Shown here: positions 54,391-64,000 of the stretch, piece after piece
Position numbering within the stretch: the first letter of the stretch is position 1
Layout: each line of letters begins with the position of its first letter
NCBI RefSeq assembly: GCF_009914755.1
Contig: NC_060927.1
Reading direction: 5' to 3' (one strand)
DNA from: the human T2T-CHM13v2.0 reference genome, Homo sapiens
Length of the DNA: 64,000 nt
The notes under the pieces: generated by a model
Told to the model about the DNA's origin: nothing
What the model saw: only the letters and a program-made list of their open reading frames with translations
Databases searched by the model: none
Translations under genes and position numbers: made by a program

Positions 54391-55165
54391 AAAAGGATGT
54401 GATCAATTCGAGTCAGTCATCCTTGGGCTCAAATCGTAGCTCAAAACTTTATATGTATGTCTTTGGGAAAATCAGATGACTGCTCTGAGTTTGTTTCTTC
54501 TGGAAAATGGGAATAGAAAGTACATTTGTAGTGCTGTAATAAAAATTTGGAAAATTGTATATAGGGTGAATAGCATATACTAAGGACTTAATAAATAATA
54601 GTGATTACCATTGTTATTTGCCCTGCAGAGCTCTTGGCTACAATAATCAATAATCATTCTTTTCTCTTGTTCATCTCAACTTCAAGATACTCCCTGAGTG
54701 ATTTTCTCAGTATTAAAAGAAACTTTCCCAATGAATAGAATGCCCCTTTTCACCCCCCTGGAATAAAAACTAAGATTCACATAATGTTTTAACCTTCACA
54801 AAGCGTACTCGAATATATTACTGCATGTAACCCTCACAACAACCCTGTGAGGCAGAAGTAGTGCCATTTTACAGGTGTGGGTGTCCATTTGGAACAAGGC
54901 TAAGTAGATTGTCCGTGATAACTCAGTCAGAAAGTGGCAGGAAGCTGAAACACCAGCCCAGTGCTTCTGTCAACAAAGCTCACATCCTTTCAGCTCTCCA
55001 GAGTCTCTCTCCTCTGTATTTTGCTGCCTTCACCAATCAGAGGAAGTGAAAATATTCTTTGGCATATGCGCGATCACTAGAAATGAATTCACCATGGGAA
55101 GAAGAAAAGGTTAGAATTTCTCACCTTGTAAGTCCATTGACCAGTGAGGAGCCCGGCTTTCTCTC

Positions 55166-55210
<45 letters not shown>

Positions 55211-55243
55211 GGATGGATGGATGGATGGATGGATGGATGGATG

Positions 55244-55297
<54 letters not shown>
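55166..55297. repeat. compound tetranucleotide STR (TAGA)11(TGGA)9(TAGA)13
   Basis: direct count. Confidence 0.95.
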
Positions 55298-55485
55298 CAC
55301 GTGTGTGTATATATATAGATATGTGTGTACATATGTATACATGTGTATACATTACACACATGTATACATATGTGCGTATATATGTGTATATAATGTATAT
55401 ATGTGCAATAGTGCATGTCGTGCATATATGTGTATATATGTATATAAAAATGTGTATTTTTATATATATATACACACATACACAG
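55298..55485. repeat. TA/TG-rich low-complexity tract
   Basis: alternating purine-pyrimidine sequence tatgtgtatatacac... Confidence 0.9.
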
Positions 55486-56250
55486 CATTTTGTTTATTCA
55501 TTCATGTATAATTGACACTTGGGTTGTTCCCACCTTTGGCTATTATGAATAATACTGCAACATACGTTGGAATGCAGGTATATGTTTGAGCCCCTGTTTT
55601 CAATTCTTTGGAGTGAAAATATATACATGGGGTGGAATTTTATGTTCAAATATTGAGAAACTTCCAAACTGTTTTCTAAAACAGCTATACCCTTTTATAT
55701 TCTCCCCACATTACAAAAGGTTTCCAGTTTCTTTACATCCTCATCAACACTTATTTTTCATTTTTAAAATTAAAACCCATCTAGAAGGTGTGACGTAGTA
55801 TCTCACTGTGATTTTGCTTTCTCTTTTTCTAAAGACTAATAAATGATCATTTATTGTATTTATTGCCCATATGTACATGTTCTTTGGAGAAATCTCTATT
55901 CAATCCTTTGACCATTTTTAATTGAATTTTTGTCTCATTGTTGAATTGTAGTTCTTTACATATTTTGTAGATATTAAATCCTTATTGGATATATAACTTA
56001 CAAATATTTTTCTTCCATCCTGTGAGTTTTGTATTCATTCTCTTGATACTGTCCTTTGATGTAGACAAATGTTTTTAATTTTGATGAAGTGTGATCTGCT
56101 CATTTTATTTCATTGCATATGCTTTTGGTGTGATATTTATGAACTGAGTGCCAAATACAAGGTCATGAAAATTTTTCACTGTTTTTTTTCTAAGAGTTTT
56201 ACTGCTTTAGCTCTTATAGCTAGGTTAATTTTTATATATGGCATGAGACT
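55486..56250 (-). mobile_element. L1M (MA/MB-type) fragment
   Basis: gacacttgggttgttcccacctttggctattatgaataat...tttggagaaatctctattcaatcctttgaccatttt. Confidence 0.88.
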
Positions 56251-56367
56251 GGGGAGAATACCAGCTTTCGACCACCATTTCTACATCAAATAAGAATACT
56301 CAAGTAAAGACAACAGTTTCCTAAAATGTAGGCATTTATGGGTTTCTTAGTATCTACTCTTAAGTCA

Positions 56368-56995
56368 TCCATCTAGCTGGAGTTGTTGGCTACATTTGTG
56401 AGCATCTATCAGCAAATATATGTGTTGGTGTCACTTGAACTAGAAGACCTACAAAGGCAAAGACTGTATCCACTTGATGTAACAAATCCATACAATGTTC
56501 AATAGTGAGGAAAGCAGTGCATCAGATGGACAATCCACAGAAGAAACAAGTCTCCCAGGAAACTTGCATTTTGTCACTGACCAAATCTGGGGACAATCCG
56601 TACTTAGAACATAACAGCAATAACCACACCCACAATATACTAAGGACATACTTCTTGTCCCACACTATATTGGGCTCTTCACACACATTCCCTCATTTAA
56701 TCATCAAGAGTCTCATGAGGAAGATGTTTTTACTGCTATTTGCAGATGTGGAAAAAACCTGCAAAGGTTAAGAAACTTGCAAGGGCATTTAACTACTAAG
56801 CAGAGGTGCCAGAACTTGAAGCCAGGTGTTTCTAATTCTGGACGCTGTGCTCTTTTTACTATCCCACATTGCCTCCATTTAACCCTTTACCTGTCTTTTT
56901 ATGTTTGCATAGATGAGTGAAAGTTATAGGTGTATTAAGAGGTCCAGCAGATTCGTCCAGAATTCAGACTGCCCTAGCCCCATCAGTATTTCTCC
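56368..56995 (-). repeat. right arm of local inverted duplication
   Basis: reverse complement of 53520-54152; also visible as near-identical ORF translations at 53614..54015(-) and 56505..56771(+). Confidence 0.95.
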
Positions 56996-57649
56996 TTCTG
57001 CAATTACCAGCATTTCTAACCTGGAAAGGTTTCTCCCTCTCCATTCCACCTATCCAACTCCTACATATCCTTCAAGAACTAGTACAGATCTTGCCTCCCC
57101 AGAATGCCTACTTTACTCACTTTCAGCCAAATTAATATCCTTTATCCTTGACCTACTAAACCACTCTTAGCTGGATTCATGTATTTTAACACTTAACCAC
57201 ATCCTGTGATATAGTCCTTTTATTTATTTATTTATTTATTTATTTATTTTCAAATACTTTGCAGATATTATTGCTAATTCTAACAATGACCCTTTGGCAC
57301 CTCTCCCACTTTGTAGACAAAAAACCAATTCAAAATAGTTCTGTGACTTTCTGAAAGCCACAAAATGAATAACAAAGCTGGGATTTGAACCCAACTCAAT
57401 ATGGTCTCCTTCCACTACATCACACTGTCTTTCTAGGGCCAATGTATAGATGGCCTTGAATGCCAAACAGCTTTCTATCTCTGGAAACATAACTTTTGTG
57501 AGACTCTCATATTATTTTTTAAAGAGTTAGGTAAGCTAGCTCAGCTGTTTTAAAATTAGGCTGGCATAAATCTTACCTGTGGACTTCATTAAAAACAAAG
57601 ATTTCCAAATGCAGTATGCCTACAACCTTTTTCACCTATTACATGATGA

Positions 57650-57765
57650 AGTAACATGGTATAGTTGGATTCTGGCCTTGATTGGCCACTAACTAGCATT
57701 GTGACTTTGAGTAAGTCACTTGACCTCTCTGAGCCTCATTTTTCTCATCTTCAAATAGATATTCT
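57650..57765 (+). mobile_element. MIR core
   Basis: ccactaactagcattgtgactttgagtaagtcacttgacctctctgagcctcatttttctcatct. Confidence 0.88.
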
Positions 57766-58712
57766 CCAAAGTTATCTCTAGTTTTAAAAATATTGTTTCC
57801 ATGGCTATAAGTCTTGACTCCTTGAGAAGAATGCAAGTTTTTCAAAAGCTTATATTTTGTTTTTCTCTGTAACATCAGACCAAGAGAAAGCACTGAATAA
57901 ATACTTGTCAGTAGTTTGACTGATGGACTAAGATATGGGTTGAAAATGATAAGCAAAAAAAAATAACATGAAGAATGGGATGTGAAAGAGACCTAATGTA
58001 ACTATTAAAGTTCTAGGTGAGTAATCAGCAACATAGACTAAAAGTGGGTTCATCTGCAATAAAAAATAAACTGGAAATAATTCGTTCATTTTAAATAAAG
58101 CCCTAAAAATCAACCATTTTCAATGGATAAGGCAAAAATGTGCCACTGCCATAGACTTTACAGCAAACAGATAAGCATATATTTGGGTCATAACTCATAC
58201 AGATGAGAACCCACCTTTGTTGTTTGTAAAGGAAGAAAACAAAATTGTTCAAAATATGCCAGTGGTTTGCCACATTTTAACAAATACTGAAGCAATACAC
58301 TGACATATAAAGTGTCCTTTTCTAGCTAGCTTCTATGTCAATGTGTTCAGAGTAAAAGGCAATTAAAATTGTGTGAAAAAGAGTGACAATGTATAGGGGA
58401 TCATCAAAATAATAAGAACCATATATGACAAATCCACAGCCAACATCATCCTGAATGGGCAAAAGCTGGAAGCATTCCCCTTGAAAACCAGTACAAGACA
58501 AGGATGCGCTCTCTCTCCATTCCTATTCCACATAGTATTGGAAGTTCTGGCCAGAGCAATCAGGCAAGAGAAAGAAACAAAGGGCGTCCAAATAGGAAGA
58601 GAGGAAGTCAAACAATCCCTGTTTCAAGATGACATGATCCTATATTTAAAAAAAAAAAAAATCCCATAGTGTTAGTCCAAAAGCTCCATAAGCTGATAAA
58701 AAGAATTCAGCT

Positions 58713-59239
58713 ACTTGGAACCAACCCAAATGTCCATCAATGATAGACTGGATTAAGAAAATGTGGCACATACACACCATGGAATACTATGCAGCCATAA
58801 AAAAGGATGAGTTCATGTCCTTTGTAGGGACATGGATGAAGCTGGAAACCATCATTCTCAGCAAACTATCGCAAAGACAAAAAACCAAACACCGCATGTT
58901 CTCACTCATAGGTGGGAATTGAACAATGAGAACACATGGACACAGGAAGGTGAACATCACACACTGGGGCCTGTCATGGGGTGGGTGGAGGGGGGAGGGA
59001 TAGCGTTAGGAGATACATCTAATGTAAATGACGAGTTAATGAGTGCAGCACACCAACATGGCACATGTATACATATGTAACAAACCTGCACGTTGTGCAC
59101 ATGTAACCTAAAACTTAAAGTATAATAATAAAAAAAAAGAAATGCATGATGGGGCTCAACTGTACAGATGCCAGTGTGAGGTGTCCTAAAGACTCACTCC
59201 CTAGTAAATCTGGTGAAAATTATTATTGTAAAAAAAAAA
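58713..59239 (+). mobile_element. nested L1PA 3' end with ~90 bp 3' transduction
   Basis: L1 3' UTR plus A-tail, then unique 59139-59229, then a second polyA, then the host L1 resumes. Confidence 0.88.
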
Positions 59240-59926
59240 TCAACAAAGTCTCAGGGTAAAAAATCAATGTGCAAAAATCACTAGCATTTTTACACACCAA
59301 TCACAGGCAAGCCAAGAGCAAAATTAGGAATGCAATCCCTTTCACAATTGCCACAAAAGAAAAAAATACCTAGGAATACAGCTAACTAGGGAGGTGAAAG
59401 ATCTCTGCAAGGAGACCACAAACCACTGCTCAAAAGAATCAGAGATAACACAAATGAAAAAAATATTTCATGCTCATGGAAAGGAAGAATCAATATCATG
59501 AAAATGGCCATACTGCCCAAAGCGTTTTATAGATTCAATGCCATTTCTATTAAACTACCATTGACATTCTTCACAGAACTAGAAAAAACTACTGTAAAAT
59601 TCATATGTAACCAAAGAAGACCCTGAATAGCCAAGGAAATCCTAAGCAAAAAAGAACAAAGCTGGAGGCATGAGGCTACCTGACTTCAAACTATGCTACA
59701 GGGCTACAGTAACCAAAACAGCATGGAACTGGTACAAAAACAGACACATAGACCAATGAAACAGAATAGAGAATCCAGAAGTAAGATTGCACACCTGTAA
59801 CTACCTTATCTTCAACAAACCTGACAAAAACAAGCAACAGGGAAATGATTCCTATTCAATAAATGGTTCTGGGATAACTGGATTGCCATGTACAGAAGAT
59901 TAAAATTGGACTTTTTCCTTATACCA

Positions 59927-60282
59927 TGTATTAATCCATTTTCTTATTGCTATGAAGAAATATCCAAGACTGGGTAATCTATAAAGAAAAATAGGTTTAA
60001 TGGACTCACACTTCCACATGGCTTGGGAGGCCTCACAATCATAGCAGAAGGTAAAGGAGGAGCAAAAGCACATCTTACATGGCAGCACGCAAGACAGCGT
60101 GTGCAGAACTGCCATTTATAAAACCAACAGATCTCATGAGACTTATTATCACAGAACAGCACAAGAAAAGCCCACCCCCATGATTCAATTACCTCCCACC
60201 TGGTCCCTCCCATGGAACATGGGGATTATAGGAGCTACAATTCAAGATGAGATATGGGTGGGGACTTAGCCAAACCATATCA
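59927..60282 (-). mobile_element. THE1 solo LTR with perfect TSD TACCA
   Basis: tgtattaatccattttc...ccaaaccatatca; TACCA at 59922-59926 and 60283-60287. Confidence 0.95.
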
Positions 60283-60970
60283 TACCATATACAAAAATTA
60301 ACTCAGGATGGATTAAAAACTTAAATATAAAACCCAAACTATGAAAACCCTGGAAGACAACATAGACAATAACATTCAGCACATAGTCACGGGCAAAGGT
60401 TTCATGACAAAGACACCAAAAGCAGTTGCAACAAAAGCAAAACTTTACAAATGGGACCTAATTAAACTAAAGAGCTTCTACACAGTAAAAGAAACTGTCA
60501 ACAGAGTAAACAGACAACCTACAGAACAGGAGAAAATTTTTGCAAACTACACAACTGACAAATGTCTAATATGCAGCATATGTAAGAAACTTAAACAAAT
60601 TCACAAGAAAAAAACTAACAACCTCAAAAAAGTGGTCAAAGAACACGAATATACACCTGTCAAAAGAAGACGTACATGCAGCCAAAAAGTATATGAAAAA
60701 AAGCTCAACATCACTGATCATTAGAGAAATGCAAATCAAAACCACAAAGAGATACCATCTCACACCAGTCAGAATGGCTATTATTAAAAAGTCAAAAAGT
60801 AACAGATGCTGGTGAGGTTGTAAAGAAAATGAAATGCATATACACCATTGTTTGGAGTGTAAATTAGTTTAACCATTGTAGAAGACAGTGTGGTGATTCC
60901 TCAAAGACCTAAAAACAGAAATACCATTCAAAACAGCAATCCCATTCGACGCAAGAATCCCTTTATATGG

Positions 60971-61257
60971 TGATATGGTTTGGCTGTGTTCCCACCCAAA
61001 TCTTCTCTTGAATTGTAGCATTCATAATTCCCACATGTTATGGGAGGGGTCTGGTGGGAGGTAATTGAATCATGGGATTGGGTCTTTCCCATGCTGTTCT
61101 CGTGATAGTGAATAAGTCTCATAAAATCTGATCGTTTTATAAAGGGGAGTTTCCCTGAACATACTTTCTCTTGCCTGCCACCATGTAAGACATGACTTTT
61201 CTCCTCCTTTGCCTTCTGCCATGATTGTGAGGCCTCCTCAGCCATATGGAACTATGA
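60971..61257 (+). mobile_element. THE1 LTR, 3'-truncated
   Basis: tgatatggtttggctgtgttcccacccaaatc...ccatgattgtgaggcctcc. Confidence 0.92.
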
Positions 61258-61853
61258 TCTCCTATTTTGTTCTTTTGGGTCAGTTACTTCCAATCTAAAT
61301 CACACATGATAAGTGCCATCAAATAATAAGTGATGGCAGACACAATTATACTAAGAAGGAGGTTGAGAAATTAAAATTCTGGGGTACTCAGGTGAAACCG
61401 GTACATTATAGCTACCTGAAAATTATGTTTTTTTAATTTGCCTTTGTAATATAGAATGTATGCAGAAAAGTAGGAAATGAAGGATAGGAGCAGTAACTGC
61501 TTAGAAATGCATCTACTTTTATTTATATCTCAAAAATTTTTTCAAAGCAAATATGGCTAAGTTTGGTAGTGAAAAGAATAAAATATTTCCTAAAGTATTC
61601 TTTGCAGAGTTTAATATCTTTATTTGTAAACTTTGGTAAATTAAAAATTAATAATAATAATTCTTAAATATTTTAAGTCTGCCTCAACAGATCTTTAATC
61701 ATTACCCTTTATAAAGATATATTTATAAAAATATTGTGAAAGCATTCTTTGAATTATCTCTTTTTATTGAAATATAACTTGCAAATCATGAAATTCATGG
61801 TTTTGAAGTGTACAATTCAGTGGCTTTAGTACATTCACAAAGTTGTTCAACTC

Positions 61854-62311
61854 TGTAGTGGGTTGAATGGTGGCCTCTCAAAAGATACATTTACCCAGAT
61901 CCTGTGAATATGACTTTATTTTTTAAAAGATGTAATTAAGTTAAGCTTCACAAAATGAATTCAGCTAGGATTATTCAATGGGTCTTCAATCCAATGGAAA
62001 GTATTCGGATCAAAAGAAGAAAAGACACAAAGGAGGAGAAACACAGAGGAGAAGATGATGTGGAGATGGAGGCAAAGATTGGACCAATGTGTCTGCAAAC
62101 CAAGGAATGCCAAGAATTGCCAGCAGCCCACCAGAAGGTAGGAGAAAAGCAGTTAATGACTTCTTTCTCAGAGCCTCCACAAATGAACTAACCCTGCCAA
62201 CATATTGGTTTTGGACTTCTGGCCTCTAGAATAATGAGATAATAAATTTCTGTTGTTTTAAGCAACCAAGTTTGTAGTAATCTGTTACGGCAGCCCTAAG
62301 AAACTAATACA
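61854..62311 (+). mobile_element. MLT1 (D-like) solo LTR
   Basis: tgtagtgggttgaatggtggcc...aataaatttctgttgttttaagcaaccaagtttgtagtaa...gaaactaataca. Confidence 0.9.
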
Positions 62312-63102
62312 AATCCTTATCACTATCTAATTTCAGAAAATTTTCATTATTGCCAAAAATAAACCCATTAGCAGTCCTCCCCATCTATCACCCCCAGCAA
62401 TAACTACTCTACTTTCTGTCTCTATGAATTTGCCAATTCTGGGCATGTTATATAAATAGAATCAGACAACATGTGGCCTTTTGTGTCTGGCTTCTTTTAC
62501 TTAGCATAATGATTTCAAGGTTCATTCATGTGGTTGCATATAGTATTATTCCATTCCTTTTTTTGGCTGAGTAATATTTTATTGTGTGGATATACTATAT
62601 TTTGTGTATCCTTTCATTAACTGATGCACGTTCGTATTCTTATTATGGTTCTCATTTTTTTTGGCTACTATGAACAATACTACAATGATCATACATGTAC
62701 ATGGTTTTGTGAGGGTATGTTTTCAATTCTCTTGAGCATATAAATATACCCAGTTCTCTTGGTTATATAGATATCCATTTGATTTTGGTTACCTTATTTG
62801 TTGGTATATAATTATTCATATTATTCACTTATAATCCTTTTATTTCTGTAAGGTATCCCTTTTTTCATCCTTGATTTTAGTCATCAGAGCCTTCTTTTTT
62901 TTTTTTTCAGTCAGCCTAGCTTAATGTTTGTCAATTTTGTTGCTCTTTTTAAAGAACCAACTTCTGGCCTTGTTGATTTCCTCTATTATTTATCTATTCT
63001 GTATCTCATTTATTTCCAGTCTAATCTTTAGTATTTCCTTTCTTAAGTTTGCATTGGATTTTGTTTGCTTTTATTTTTCGGGTTTCTTAAAACTGTAAGT
63101 TA

Positions 63103-63416
<314 letters not shown>

Positions 63417-63432
63417 TTAAGATCTTTCTTCT

Positions 63433-64000
63433 TGAAGAGACAGAAGAATCAAATAGATGCAATAAAAAATGATAAAGGGGATATCACCACTGAGCCCACA
63501 AAAATACAAACTACCATCAGAGAATAATATAAACACATCTACACAAATAAACTAAAAAATCTAGAAGAAATGGATAAATTCCTGGACACATACACCTCCC
63601 CAAGACTAAACCAGGAAGTTGAATCTCTGAATAGACCAATAACAGATTCTGAAATTGAGGCAGTAATTAATAGTCTACCAACCAAAAAAGTCCAGGACCA
63701 GATGGATTCACAGCCGAATTCTACCCGAGGTACAAAGAGGAGCTGGTAACATTCCTTCTGAAACTATTCCAATCAATGGAAAAAGAGGGCATTCTCCCTA
63801 CCTCATTTTATGAGGCAACCATCATCTTGATACCAGTCTGGCAGAGACACAACAAAAAAAAGAGATTGTTAGACCCCTGATGAACATTGATGCAAAAATC
63901 CTCAATAAAATACTGGCAAACTGAATCCAGCAGCACATCAAAAAGCTTATCCACCATGATCAAGTCGGCTTCATCAATGGGATGCAAGGCTGGTTCAACA
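63433..64000 (+). mobile_element. L1PA ORF2 internal region, continues past the window
   Basis: aatcaaatagatgcaataaaaaatgataaaggggatatcaccactg...agtccaggaccagatggattcacagccgaattc. Confidence 0.95.

Larger units (their letters stand above)
58398..60947 (+). mobile_element. older L1P (PA8+/PB-like) ORF2 RT-to-C-terminal fragment hosting two nested insertions
   Basis: [36 protein letters not shown] is the L1 RT motif; sequence resumes at aaagtctcagg (59245) and after the THE1. Confidence 0.93.

Noticed and set aside
55089-55515. YLSI/HPSI repeat ORFs
   Set aside because: Translations of microsatellite sequence
53614-56771. Two near-identical ORFs suggesting paralogous genes
   Set aside because: They reflect the inverted duplication of MIR-containing DNA; starts are non-ATG and the frames diverge after an indel

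Overview
AT-rich, gene-poor primate (human-like) genomic DNA, identified by AluJ/S/Y, L1PA, THE1/MST LTRs and many MIR/L2 relics. Roughly half the window is interspersed repeat. I cannot identify a protein-coding gene, RNA gene, CpG island or CRISPR array, and the longest ORFs in the track come from repeats or microsatellites. I see no convincing new biological system. The best leads are structural or regulatory: (1) a ~630 bp non-TE inverted duplication (53.5-54.15 kb / 56.37-57.0 kb) with patchy ~70-98% arm identity, plus a third partial copy joined by a 19-bp templated bridge; (2) two L1 3' transductions; (3) an ~80 bp local templated insertion with a target-site duplication (TSD); (4) a CpG-retaining, palindrome-rich candidate enhancer at 29.0-29.6 kb and a possible LF-SINE-like relic at 31.9 kb; (5) several unverified exon and microexon candidates. 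Repeat subfamily names come from consensus features I recall, not from a RepeatMasker run. Boundaries of old repeats are approximate.
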